Part shown: positions 1-12,365 of the stretch, in pieces
How positions within the stretch are numbered: the first letter of the stretch is position 1
How the letters are laid out: each line of letters begins with the position of its first letter
From: Vicugna vicugna
Taxonomy: Eukaryota
Reading direction: 5' to 3'
DNA: 64,000 nt
Assembly (NCBI GenBank): GCA_013265495.1
Contig: MU057560.1
Coordinates: 1,004,753-1,068,752, forward strand
Translations under genes and position numbers: made by a program
Notes under the pieces: model-generated
The model's database searches: none
Seen by the model: only the letters and a program-made list of their open reading frames with translations
Told to the model about the DNA's origin: nothing

Positions 1-159
1 GAATGCTTCCCCAGAAAGGCGTAAGAAGACGTTTTTCGTAGAGTTGCCAGTGGTTTTCTGTGCTCCGTTGCCTGGAGTACAGCTCAGCACAGAGGAGACA
101 GCACGTGACAGCCTACAAATAAGAGGCAACTTTTCCTTTTTTTTTCCTTTTTACAAAAC

Positions 160-385
160 ACTTGAATGAGGTATGATTGACAGCCAGGAAGCTGTACATA
201 TTTAATGTACACAACTTGGTGACTTTAGAGATAAGGACACACCATGAAATCATCTCCACAACCTATGCCAAAAATCTGTCCATCACTTCGAGAAGTTTTC
301 TCCCTCTGTCTTATTGTGATTTGTAATAGGACACTCAACATAAGATCAACCCTCTTAGCAAAGATTTAGGCAAACGATACAACAT
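160..385 (-). mobile_element. Old L1 3' end (L1MA10/L1MB-like); duplicate at ~5304-5529
   Basis: gaggtatgattgac...ctgtacatatttaatgtacacaacttg...cataagatcaaccctcttagcaaa resembles the antisense L1MB 3' UTR. Confidence 0.75.
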
Positions 386-388
386 GTT

Positions 389-562
389 TTTACTGAAGTA
401 CAGCCAGTTGCAATGTGTCAGTTCCTGGTGTACAGCCTAATATCCCAGTCATGCATATACATGCATATATTCGTTTCATATTCTTTTTCACTAAAGGTTA
501 TTACAAGATACTGAATATAGTTCCCTCCTCTACACAGAAGAAATTTGTTTTTTATCTATTTT
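389..562 (-). mobile_element. Young 5'-truncated L1 3' end; duplicate at 5533-5706
   Basis: aaggttattacaagatactgaatatagttccct motif shared with other copies in the window; TSD-like tacaacatgtt (378-388) / tacaacgcgtt (563-573). Confidence 0.85.
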
Positions 563-1733
563 TACAACGCGTTGTTATCTCAGCTGATCAATTTCTCCAG
601 GTGACGGGCGAAACGTAGGGGAAACAAAGAAATGGATTCAGTACTATCCCTTGATAAGCAAAAGGGGACTCTGTTTTCCCATGATTAAACACAAGAACGT
701 CATCTCAGAAAACAGAGCCGAAGAAGAAGAAGGGAAAGAAAGGCTGGCTTCAGAAATCTCACAGCCACATCGTGAGATAAAGCTAACCTCACACGGCCTG
801 CAAAGCGCTGGCAATTCATCATCTTTTATTTATGGAATTCATTAAAATGGGATGTTAATCCACCCCGCGCTAGGAGAAGCCCTGTAACTGGTCCTCAAGA
901 ACGCCTGGGCCACACACCATCCGGGAGGAGGGGAATTAGCTGCCTCAGCCCTCAACGGTCCCCAGCAGCCTGGGTGCTGACAGGCTGGGCCCGCGTGGTG
1001 GCATTTCCAGTTTCTGCGGGGACCTCAGTGCAGAAGACGTGGAGGCAGTATGAACAGAAGTCCTTATTTCTTCTGTTACTGTGTAATATCATGTGGGAAT
1101 AATGCTTATTTGTACTAGGCTCTGAAGGAACACATTTCCCCAGACCCCGCAGAGGTACCTGCTAAATCATTCAGCATCAGAAAGGTTAAATATTTATCTC
1201 TGGTTTGCTTTATGATTATGTGCCTCCCAGAGGCAGGCAGAGCTGGCGTCCACACGCTGATGGATGGAGCCTCTGGAGACCTGAAAGTTATTCCCATGAT
1301 GATAACATTTTCTTTGGCCAAAGGTCTTCAGGCTGGACACAAAGGCTCTTTGCTGGTGGAGGTCAGTCTCTTCTGTCACAGGTGGGGACGCAGGCTCCCG
1401 AGGCTTCATGGCGCCCTCACCTCCTGTGACGGTCACCTCACTTGCGTGAAATGGGGAGGAGAGTCTGGGCACCTGCACCACACAGTGCCAGGGCCTTCAG
1501 TAACACCACGATGTCAAAAAATTCAGTCTGAGCAAGGGAAGCAAGGCTGTCGGTGATTGGACCCCTGTTCACTTTCCCCCGTCATCAGTGGGCCTTCCAC
1601 TGCCTTGCTTTCTGTGATCCAGGGCCCCCAAGGTCATTTGAATTCTTTTCACACGTTCTGCTGTTTCTCAACTCTTGGTCTCTGCCAAGAATGAGCTCCC
1701 ATTTCTCTTTTGTCAACATTTACAATTGACTTA

Positions 1734-2340
1734 CGGATATATGCCCAGGATTGGGATTGCTGGATTGCTGGATCGCAGTGTAAGTCTATTTTCAATTTTT
1801 TATGGAATCTCCATAATAGCTAAGCTGTGGAAACAACCTAAATGTTCATTGACAGATGATTGGAAAATGAATCTGTGGTATAATTATACAGTGGAACACT
1901 ACTCAGCCGTAAAAAGAATAAAATAATGCCATTTGCAGCAACATGGATAGACCTGGAGATCGTCATACTAAGTGAAGTTAGCCAGAAAGAGAAAGAAAAA
2001 TTCCATATGAGATCACTTACATGTGGAGTCTAAAAAAAAAAGACACAAATAAACTTACTTACAGAACAGAGACAGACTCACAGATAAAGAAAGCAGACTT
2101 ACTTACGGTCACTGGGGGAAGGAGGGGAGGGGTAGACTGGAAGCTCAGGATTCGTGGATACTACTGTGCATAAAACAGACCAACAACATGGTCCCACTGT
2201 CCAGCACGGGGAACTATATTCAATAACTAGTGATGGCCCATGATGAAAAAGAAAAGAACATATATGTATGTATAACTGAATCATTATGCTGTACACCAGA
2301 CATTAACACCACATTGTAAACGGACTACACTTCAATTAAA
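1734..2340 (+). mobile_element. L1 3' end with 5' inversion; duplicate at 6878-7484
   Basis: 1734-1814 antisense L1 (ggatatatgcccagg...ggaatctccat), 1815-2340 sense ORF2 end/3' UTR; exact 10-bp TSD aattgactta at 1724-1733 and 2341-2350. Confidence 0.9.
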
Positions 2341-3475
2341 AATTGACTTAAATCTCATGTTCTCTTTCCACATCTCCTGGATCATGGGCTTCCTTCACTG
2401 ACCTTGCATGTGATTTTGCAGGTATTTATGTAAGTGTCTTACGCAGTGTGCTTCCCAAGGGCTGGAGCTCTGTCTCTGTCCCCAATCCTGGGACAGAGTG
2501 GGAGCCCAACAAATACTCACTGAGTGCATGAATTAGCGCAATTGACAGAAATGCTGCAGAGACTGACCCTCAACAACATTAAAGGCAATGGTGATTATAG
2601 TGATGACGATATTGCACAATAATAGTGGGGAGAAGTGCGAGGAATGTCACTGAGAACAGAGGATCCCGCAGCCCTGTGCTGTCATCTTCCTGCAGAAGGG
2701 GATTTCGCCTCTGTGGCAGCTGAGGACGTGATTCATCAGCAAACCAGAAAGACTGATCGTCTATATTGGCCTCCAAGGAGATTGAGAGCCACGTTTATGA
2801 TCAGATTTCACCCCCGGGCTGGCCCTTAGGGCATCAGGTCTGTGTTCTTTTTCCGTATAACTCTTCTGCCGTGACTTGCTCTTAGCCTCTCTCGCTGCGT
2901 GCTCTGATGTTTCTGTCTCGTACTGTTGGCATCATGTTGCGTGGTAAGGCGTGGCGGCCACACCACAGCTCGTGGGCAGGAGCCCAGGCGCAGCAGGCTG
3001 AGCGTCCTGTGAAAGTGAGAGCATCTAAAACTGGGTGAGTCGTCTGGAAGCACTATCTAAAAAGCGTCAGCTCTTTGGTGGCCCACTTGCATAGAAATAC
3101 GGGGTAGTTAATATACTGGTTCATCTTAGGAAGATTTTGTTTTGCTTTTACTTTGTACCAAGCACACATCCTTGGTCTCGGAAACACTGAAATCCTTTCT
3201 AGCTACAAAGCACGTACTTAGATTGGTTATTATTCAAGGGATAGATGTCACAAACTATCAAACCCGATATAAAGATAATAGAAAGGTTCTTCTTCTGCTG
3301 TGTCGTAGGAAACACATCGCCCTGAGAATACTCTTAGCAACACAGCACGGTATTGAGTCTAATAACTTTGTAGAAAATACTCACTCAAACAGAAGGGAGT
3401 AGGGAACACATGCTTAATACTTAGAGGAAACAATCCTCCCTCTTTTCAGCTGTCTGCTTTCGTTAACCTGCTCCT

Positions 3476-3598
3476 CACACACACACACACACACACGTGC
3501 ACACACACGCATGCACAAACATGCAAACACATGCATGCACACACGCACGTGTGTGCACACAAGCATGCACATACACATGCACACACACGCACGTGCGC
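3476..3598. repeat. Compound (CA)n / alternating purine-pyrimidine tract, truncated by the gap
   Basis: Seen directly; complete version at ~8619-8777. Confidence 0.95.
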
Positions 3599-3937
3599 NN
3601 NNNNNNNNNNNNNNNNNNNNNNNNNNNNNNNNNNNNNNNNNNNNNNNNNNNNNNNNNNNNNNNNNNNNNNNNNNNNNNNNNNNNNNNNNNNNNNNNNNNN
3701 NNNNNNNNNNNNNNNNNNNNNNNNNNNNNNNNNNNNNNNNNNNNNNNNNNNNNNNNNNNNNNNNNNNNNNNNNNNNNNNNNNNNNNNNNNNNNNNNNNNN
3801 NNNNNNNNNNNNNNNNNNNNNNNNNNNNNNNNNNNNNNNNNNNNNNNNNNNNNNNNNNNNNNNNNNNNNNNNNNNNNNNNNNNNNNNNNNNNNNNNNNNN
3901 NNNNNNNNNNNNNNNNNNNNNNNNNNNNNNNNNNNNN
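3599..3937. other. Assembly gap (339 N)
   Basis: Run of N with CA and TG microsatellites at or near both edges. Confidence 1.
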
Positions 3938-4009
3938 CGTTAGTAATGTGTGCGTGTTGGGGTGTGTGTGTGTGTGTGTGAAGGGCCAGATGTTTTAATA
4001 AATATTTTA

Positions 4010-4165
4010 GCTTTTTTAAAAACTGAAGTGTAATCAGTTTACAGTGCTAGTTTCTGGCGCACAGCGTGGTGATTCAGTTACACACGTCTCCGTTCTTTAT
4101 CATCATGGGCGGTTACAAGGCCCTGAATGGAGTCCTGTGCTCTCCAGGAGGGCCTGGTGGTTTTT
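4010..4165 (-). mobile_element. Degraded L1 3' end fragment
   Basis: ctgaagtgtaatcagtttacagtgctagtttctggcgcacagcgtggtgattcagtt resembles the antisense L1 3' UTR. Confidence 0.65.
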
Positions 4166-4177
4166 CGCCAGTGCATG

Positions 4178-4328
4178 CAGCCTCTGTTGTGACTGCTTAT
4201 CTCCGTGGTTTCCAGCAAAAGCATCTGAGGACAACGTGTAAATAAGTGGTCATGTCCGTGTTGCAATAAAACTTTATTTGCCAAAACAGGATGTGGGCCA
4301 GATGTGGCCATAGTTTGCAGACCTCTGA
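4178..4328 (-). mobile_element. MER58-like hAT-Charlie MITE fragment
   Basis: caataaaactttatttgccaaaacagg...gggccagat...catagtttgcagacctctg matches the MER58 terminus. Confidence 0.75.
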
Positions 4329-4489
4329 CTCAGGGTCCTGGAGATTAAACTCTTCGCCTTTTATCCAGCTAGCTGACAGTGCGCTATATCCACCCTTGTT
4401 CCGGGCGTTGCCAGCAAAGTATGTTTTTAGGATGACCTTCAGACAGCGTGAGTTTGGAGATTGTCCAGAGTCATTGTTCATGCTTCTAC

Positions 4490-4944
4490 CGCCCTATAGT
4501 TGTGTCACAGATCAGCGGACAAAGCAGCACACGCTTATTATCTCACAGTTTCTGAGGTCAGGAAACGTGGCACGTCTTGGCCGGGTCTCCTGGCACAGGG
4601 CCGTCAAATCAGCCGTGCCAGCTGGGCCCAGGCCTCTCGGCTCAGCTGGGACAGGCTCTGCGTCTCCGCTCGCTCGGTGGCCGTCGGCGGGATTCAGGTC
4701 CTGGAGGACTGGGGACGGAGGCTCCCGGCCACGCGGGAGGGCCGCTCCCGGCGTGAGTGCGGGCTCCACCCAGTGAGCAAGGGAGAGTCCGAGCACGGGG
4801 GACACGAGGCCCCGCCCTGCCGCCTCGGCTCGGACGGGCGTCTCCACGGCCGCCGGCTTCTCCGCTCCAGGGGAGGGTGTCGCACGGGGTGTGAGCAGCA
4901 GGCGCGCAGGCCTCTGGGCACGCTGGGCAGCTGCCTGCCCCACG
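4490..4944 (-). mobile_element. MLT1-type MaLR solo LTR, unusually CpG-rich
   Basis: ttattatctcacagtttctgaggtcaggaa hallmark and terminal ctgcctgccccac. Confidence 0.75.
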
Positions 4945-5144
4945 GGCCAGCCTGTTCTTGGGGCGGCCGGAGCTGGGCCCCATTCTGTGGACACAGGTCA
5001 ATCGTGGGCCAGGTCACCGAGCCCCTGAAGGTGGGACGAACCACACACCCCATTGTCCGATCCCTTGTGTAACTGAATTTCTACTCGCACAGGAGTTTTA
5101 AGGACTAAAAAGCAATGTGCATCTATGATACAAATCAGGTAATT

Positions 5145-8100
5145 GAATGCTTCCCCAGAAAGGCGTAAGAAGACGTTTTTCGTAGAGTTGCCAGTGGTTT
5201 TCTGTGCTCCGTTGCCTGGAGTACAGCTCAGCACAGAGGAGACAGCACGTGACAGCCTACAAATAAGAGGCAACTTTTCCTTTTTTTTTCCTTTTTACAA
5301 AACACTTGAATGAGGTATGATTGACAGCCAGGAAGCTGTACATATTTAATGTACACAACTTGGTGACTTTAGAGATAAGGACACACCATGAAATCATCTC
5401 CACAACCTATGCCAAAAATCTGTCCATCACTTCGAGAAGTTTTCTCCCTCTGTCTTATTGTGATTTGTAATAGGACACTCAACATAAGATCAACCCTCTT
5501 AGCAAAGATTTAGGCAAATGATACAACATGTTTTTACTGAAGTACAGCCAGTTGCAATGTGTCAGTTCCTGGTGTACAGCCTAATATCCCAGTCATGCAT
5601 ATACATGCATATATTCGTTTCATATTCTTTTTCACTAAAGGTTATTACAAGATACTGAATATAGTTCCCTCTGCTACACAGAAGAAATTTGTTTTTTATC
5701 TATTTTTACAACGCGTTCTTATCTCAGCCGATCAATTTCTCCAGGTGACGGGCGAAACGTAGGGGAAACAAAAAAATGGATTCAGTACTATCCCTTGATA
5801 AGCAAAAGGGGACTCTGTTTTCCCATGATTAAACACAAGAACGTCATCTCAGAAAACAGAGCCGAAGAAGAAGAAGGGAAAGAAAGGCTGGCTTCAGAAA
5901 TCTCACAGCCACATCGTGAGATAAAGCTAACCTCACACGGCCTGCAAAGCGCTGGCAATTCATCATCTTTTATTTATGGAATTCATTAAAATGGGATGTT
6001 AATCCACCCCGCGCTAGGAGAAGCCCTGTAACTGGTCCTCAAGAACGCCTGGGCCACACACCATCCGGGAGGAGGGGAATTAGCTGCCTCAGCCCTCAAC
6101 GGTCCCCAGCAGCCTGGGTGCTGACAGGCTGGGCCCGCGTGGTGGCATTTCCAGTTTCTGCGGGGACCTCAGTGCAGAAGACGTGGAGGCAGTATGAACA
6201 GAAGTCCTTATTTCTTCTGTTACTGTGTAATATCATGTGGGAATAATGCTTATTTGTACTAGGCTCTGAAGGAACACATTTCCCCAGACCCCGCAGAGGT
6301 ACCTGCTAAATCATTCAGCATCAGAAAGGTTAAATATTTATCTCTGGTTTGCTTTATGATTATGTGCCTCCCAGAGGCAGGCAGAGCTGGCGTCCACATG
6401 CTGATGGATGGAGCCTCTGGAGACCTGAAAGTTATTCCCATGATGATAACATTTTCTTTGGCCAAAGGTCTTCAGGCTGGACACAAAGGCTCTTTGCTGG
6501 TGGAGGTCAGTCTCTTCTGTCACAGGTGGGGACGCAGGCTCCCGAGGCTTCATGGCGCCCTCACCTCCTGTGACGGTCACCTCACTTGCGTGAAATGGGG
6601 AGGAGAGTCTGGGCACCTGCACCACACAGTGCCAGGGCCTTCAGTAACACCACGATGTCAAAAAATTCAGTCTGAGCAAGGGAAGCAAGGCTGTCGGTGA
6701 TTGGACCCCTGTTCACTTTCCCCCGTCATCAGTGGGCCTTCCACTGCCTTGCTTTCTGTGATCCAGGGCCCCCAAGGTCATTTGAATTCTTTTCACACGT
6801 TCTGCTGTTTCTCAACTCTTGGTCTCTGCCAAGAATGAGCTCCCATTTCTCTTTTGTCAACATTTACAATTGACTTACGGATATATGCCCAGGATTGGGA
6901 TTGCTGGATTGCTGGATCGCAGTGTAAGTCTATTTTCAATTTTTTATGGAATCTCCATAATAGCTAAGCTGTGGAAACAACCTAAATGTTCATTGACAGA
7001 TGATTGGAAAATGAATCTGTGGTATAATTATACAATGGAACACAACTCAGCCATAAAAAGAATAAAATAGTGCCATTTGCAGCAACATGGATAGACCTGG
7101 AGATCGTCATACTAAGTGAAGTTAGCCAGAAAGAGAAAGAAAAATTCCATATGAGATCACTTACATGTGGAGTCTAAAAAAAAAAGACACAAATAAACTT
7201 ACTTACAGAACAGAGACAGACTCACAGATAAAGAAAGCAGACTTACTTACGGTCACTGGGGGAAGGAGGGGAGGGGTAGACTGGAAGCTCAGGATTCGTG
7301 GATACTACTGTGCATAAAACAGACCAACAACATGGTCCCACTGTCCAGCACGGGGAACTATATTCAATAACTAGTGATGGCCCATGATGAAAAAGAAAAG
7401 AACATATATGTATGTATAACTGAATCATTATGCTGTACACCAGACATTAACACCACATTGTAAACGGACTACACTTCAATTAAAAATTGACTTAAATCTC
7501 ATGTTCTCTTTCCACATCTCCTGGATCATGGGCTTCCTTCACTGACCTTGCATGTGATTTTGCAGGTATTTATGTAAGTGTCTTACGCAGTGTGCTTCCC
7601 AAGGGCTGGAGCTCTGTCTCTGTCCCCAATCCTGGGACAGAGTGGGAGCCCAACAAATACTCACCGAGTGCATGAATTAGCGCAATTGACAGAAATGCTG
7701 CAGAGACTGACCCTCAACAACATTAAAGGCAATGGTGATTATAGTGATGACGATATTGCACAATAATAGTGGGGAGAAGTGCGAGGAATGTCACTGAGAA
7801 CAGAGGATCCCGCAGCCCTGTGCTGTCATCTTCCTGCAGAAGGGGATTTCGCCTCTGTGGCAGCTGAGGACGTGATTCATCAGCAAACCAGAAAGACTGA
7901 TCGTCTATATTGGCCTCCAAGGAGATTGAGAGCCACGTTTATGATCAGATTTCACCCCCGGGCTGGCCCTTAGGGCATCAGGTCTGTGTTCTTTTTCCGT
8001 ATAACTCTTCTGCCGTGACTTGCTCTTAGCCTCTCTCGCTGCGTGCTCTGATGTTTCTGTCTCGTACTGTTGGCATCATGTTGCGTGGTAAGGCGTGGCG

Positions 8101-8742
8101 GCCACACCACAGCTCGTGGGCAGGAGCCCAGGCGCAGCAGGCTGAGCGTCCTGTGAAAGTGAGAGCATCTAAAACTGGGTGAGTCGTCTGGAAGCACTAT
8201 CTAAAAAGCGTCAGCTCTTTGGTGGCCCACTTGCATAGAAATACGGGGTAGTTAATATACTGGTTCATCTTAGGAAGATTTTGTTTTGCTTTTACTTTGT
8301 ACCAAGCACGCATCCTTGGTCTCGGAAACACTGAAATCCTTTCTAGCTACAAAGCACGTACTTAGATTGGTTATTATTCAAGGGATAGATGTCACAAACT
8401 ATCAAACCCGATATAAAGATAATAGAAAGGTTCTTCTTCTGCTGTGTCGTAGGAAACACATCGCCCTGAGAATACTCTTAGCAACACAGCACGGTATTGA
8501 GTCTAATAACTTTGTAGAAAATACTCACTCAAACAGAAGGGAGTAGGGAACACATGCTTAATACTTAGAGGAAACAATCCTCCCTCTTTTCAGCTGTCTG
8601 CTTTCGTTAACCTGCTCCTCACACACACACACACACACACGTGCACACACACGCATGCACAAACATGCAAACACATGCATGCACACACGCACGTGTGTGC
8701 ACACAAGCATGCACATACACATGCACACACACGCACGTGCGC
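5145..8742 (+). repeat. Copy B of near-identical direct duplication
   Basis: Matches 1-3598 and continues uninterrupted into unique sequence. Confidence 0.97.
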
Positions 8743-8777
8743 GCACACACACACACACACGTGCACACACACACGCA
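8619..8777. repeat. Compound (CA)n / CACGTG / TGCA alternating purine-pyrimidine tract
   Basis: Seen directly. Confidence 0.95.
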
Positions 8778-10587
8778 GGCTCACTCTCTAACCAGTCTAA
8801 GGAACTGGGCATTCTGGCTGCTCTCCGGACATCTTTGAGGGCAAACTGAAGTGATTCCTGAAGTGAACACAGCAAGAGGTTTTCTCCAGTCCATCTGCTA
8901 CTGACTGTTCATCTTTGGTTGCCAAATCCATCCCTCTTCCTGACTGGGATCAATGGCTTGTGACAAAAATTAAATGCTGTCTTCAGCTTCCAGATTGAGG
9001 GACCTCCCATCTTTTCCTCGGAGAGCATCCCCAAGACTGCTCCCTGACGTTGCGTTTCCATCCCCTGTGCTGTCGGTGGAGCAGCCAAAGGGAGAATAGT
9101 TCCCCCTTTCACCTCTGGGGTCACCTGCCCTGCCGGTTCCCCAGCCCCTCCCAGCTAGGGCGACATCTCAGGATGCATGGAAAAAAGGTGTCCTACAACA
9201 GCCTCGTCTTGCCCTGTGAGCCACACTCAGTCTCACATCCTCGGGTTTTCATCTCAGTTCTATCATTAGCTACTGGTGCTCCCTGGAAAAGATAACTGAT
9301 ATGAGGAGTTGTGTTAAAGTAGACTAGACTAGGGACCAACTCAATTCTAATTTACAAACTTTTGTTTGCCTAATTAAAAAAATCCTTTCCAATATACTAA
9401 TCAACAAATACACTCAGTAACAATCATTAGTTCTCAGGCTCCTCAAATGCACAAGCCCGTTTCCATGGGTTCAAACGTGTTCAATAATTCGTGTTCTTGG
9501 GCCAAAGAAATCTTGGGACACGAAAAAGCACTTTCCCTGCCTGTTTCTTGTACACGCGGCTTATGTACAGGGAGCTGGTGCTGGGTTTCCAGAATGTGGG
9601 TCTATTTGAATTTACATCGTCAGACAACACTCAAGACCACACCCACCATACGTACGAGCGCTGCAGACATTTTTTATGCTGATTTCAGCGCTAAGGATAT
9701 TTCAAGCACAATATTGACTTTACCAACCATCAATAGTGACATTTATTAATAAACAGCCTGCAGTCAGATTTACTCATTTAAGTCACCTGTGTGATTTTGC
9801 CTGGTCGCACGTTTCAGTACCGGTGATACCGTTGCACGAGCATGTGCAAGTCATCCCCCGTCCCCTCATAGGGAAGCAGCACATCTAACTCTAAGTTCTT
9901 GTACTAACAAGGGATAATGTGCAGGGGAGTAGCCACTTCCCTGCTGAAATCTTGGGACACAGATATCAGTGTCTCGCAGAACCAAGGTCAAAACTCAGCA
10001 GACCCAGCAAAGCCTTAATTTGATTCCCAGTGGATCCTTTAATCAATGGCACGGATCCAACTTTCAAGTTGCATTTTCCAACATCCATTTTTCCCACGGC
10101 CCTGTTCAAACGCTCAGTCAATAATCATTTAAATGTGCAGCTAATCTCAACCAGACAGCGCTCTTGCTTCTGGGCCAGCATGTGGGTGATAGGAACCACT
10201 GACAGTTATAATTGGTCTCCAATTTGAAAAATTAACCTTTACTGAAAGCTTTGTCTTTTAATATCGAGAAGAATTAAGGGATTATTTTTTCCTTCAACAA
10301 GACAGTGTCTCCCTAACATAGATTTCAGCTAGCCTAGATACCCAGCACACAAAGTGTTATTTTCCATTAATAAGACTTGCAGAAAATACTAAGATAGACT
10401 GTCTGCTACAGCGTCTGGACCTGCCTTGAAGGTCCTTTCCTCTGAGCAACTCCTCTTGCTTCACGTTAATGTTAACGTACATTTCAAATATACACAAGGA
10501 AATGTGCCCATGGGAACGAGGAAGGCGGAGGGGACCAAATGTATAAGACTTTAAAACACTAACCTTGACAATTTAATATGGGGAGAA

Positions 10588-10626
<39 letters not shown>

Positions 10627-10914
10627 TTTTTATACCTGCAGAAAGTCAAGACTTATGGAAGCTAATATTGGCATGTTATCTGTTTAATGAATCACGGAAG
10701 GGTACAAGTCACTGCCACTTCTCTCCTTGTATGAGGAGCAACTTAATGCCCTTCATGCGGGATTTCTGGTAGAGGACCACACCCCAAGAGCTCGGATCAG
10801 AAGAATGACTCAGGGATACTGCCCAGCTTTCTTTCCTCCAGGAAGTGGTTTGAGTTGGTAGGGAAAGGGCATGGCTCGGAAGGCTGTTCATAGAATCACA
10901 GATTTATAAGGTAC

Positions 10915-11630
10915 CCCATTATTTGAGCCACTGTCTTGGCTTACTGTCTCGCAGGCGCTGTGCTAGGCAGTGGGGGTGAGACAGCAGAAGCTCCTATCAT
11001 GAAATCTGCAGCCTCATGCGACTAAGTAAAACAGGACAACTGCCACTCTAAGTGGGCAAGTCAGAAAAGGAAAGAAAAGTACCATATGGTATCGCTTATA
11101 CGCGGAATCTGAATAAAAGGACACAAAGGAACGTATCTACAAAACAGAAACAGACTCACAGACACAGAGAACAAACTTATGGCTGCCAGGGGGTAAAGGG
11201 GTGGGAAGGGATGTTGGGAGTTTGCGACTTGCACCGTTTGGGGCGTGATGCAAATGTTAGCCACCTTGGCTGTGGCGGTGGTTTCATGGGCGTCTACGTC
11301 TACCACAGTTCATCAAGTTGTACAACTGAACTATGTGTACTTTACTGGACAGGAATTATACCGTAATAAAAGTGTGTGTGTTTTTTTTTTTAAAGAACGA
11401 CTACAAGAAGGTCTCCATGAAGCACATGAGGATGTAAGAGAATAAGGTGAGATGCAAGTTGTCAGGGAGGCTGGAGAAAGTTCCCCTTGCGAGTGAGGAA
11501 GAAGCTGAGGTCTGACGAGCTCCAGGAAGTGGACGGGAGAAGACGTGGGGAGGGGGAGGTCCAGGCAGGGGAGCGTGACCAACAGCATGAAGGCCATGGC
11601 CGCATGTGGGGAGGAGAGAGTGAGTGCTAG
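10915..11630 (-). mobile_element. L2 3' remnant interrupted by an L1 insertion
   Basis: caggcgctgtgctaggcagtgggg and gtcagggaggct...gctgaggtctga...ccaggcagggga...cagcatg are antisense L2 motifs. Confidence 0.6.
11047..11392 (+). mobile_element. L1 3' end with chimeric L1MB/MC-like tail (copy 1)
   Basis: Young L1 3' UTR to ttgcac (11229-11234), then ggggcgtgatgcaaatgttagccacctt...aataaaa. Confidence 0.85.
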
Positions 11631-11684
11631 CCATGGGGTGTGGGGTGGGAAACAATGCACAGCTACCATTCTTCAAGCATAGGG

Positions 11685-11830
11685 ATACCATCTCATTTAC
11701 TTCCACAGCAACCTCCAATGTACTGTCCCCAGTTTTCATGAAACTGAAACTCTGAGAGTTTGAGACAACTATTCAGTGTCACAGAACTGTTTGTTAGAGA
11801 AGCCAGAGCCAAACCCCAGAGCCGTCTGGG
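11685..11830 (-). mobile_element. MIR SINE
   Basis: atctcatttacttccacagcaacc...gaaactgaaactctgagagtt core. Confidence 0.65.
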
Positions 11831-12274
11831 TCTTCTCTGCAGAGATCAGAACGGAGCACAGGCCTGGAAGGAGCACAGCCCTGCACTGGTTTAGAAGGAC
11901 TTGCGTGGGGTATGGACCGTGGAAAGGGAACAGAGGACGGAGATGGAGGAAGGCGATGGGGGAAGAGAGCGAGAGGCAGGGCGAGTAAGTCTAAGAAATT
12001 TACCATAAACCCTGTCAGCCCTGGGCCTCCCGTGTCCTCACGTGAGCGGTGAGGGACTTCCCGAGGGATCAGTGACAGCCAGTCACACAGGGATTACCCA
12101 AGCTTACCTCTCCTGTTTTCTTATTTTTGTTTTTGTTTTTTTAATAGTAATACAGGCATAAGGAAGAACTTTGGCACTGATCTTCAGGAAAATCTAGATT
12201 TTTAAAAAATAAATACAAGATAATAAGATATTTTAAGTCTGTTTCTCTCTTGAGTCCTCTCAGTTTAAGCTTCC

Positions 12275-12365
12275 TTTTTTTTTTTTTTTTGAGTGAAAGT
12301 AGACTTATCCAGGGAGATGCGCACTCCACAGGCAGAGGGCGGGCCATCTCAGAAGGCGAGAGGCT
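12275..12365 (-). mobile_element. Polyadenylated fragment of a MER41-like LTR R region (retrocopy)
   Basis: T16 directly abutting a segment that aligns to 16360-16435 of the solo LTR in this window. Confidence 0.75.

Larger units (their letters stand above)
1..3598 (+). repeat. Copy A of near-identical direct duplication (may extend left of the window)
   Basis: Matches 5145-8742 at a constant offset of 5144 (e.g. ORF 415 vs 5559); about 13 substitutions by eye, no indels. Confidence 0.97.

Noticed and set aside
3497..3998. ORFs of 148-156 aa
   Set aside because: They read through the N gap and CA/TG microsatellites
4291..5072. Overlapping 119-190 aa ORFs
   Set aside because: Lie in a GC-enriched MLT1 LTR; open in many frames at once
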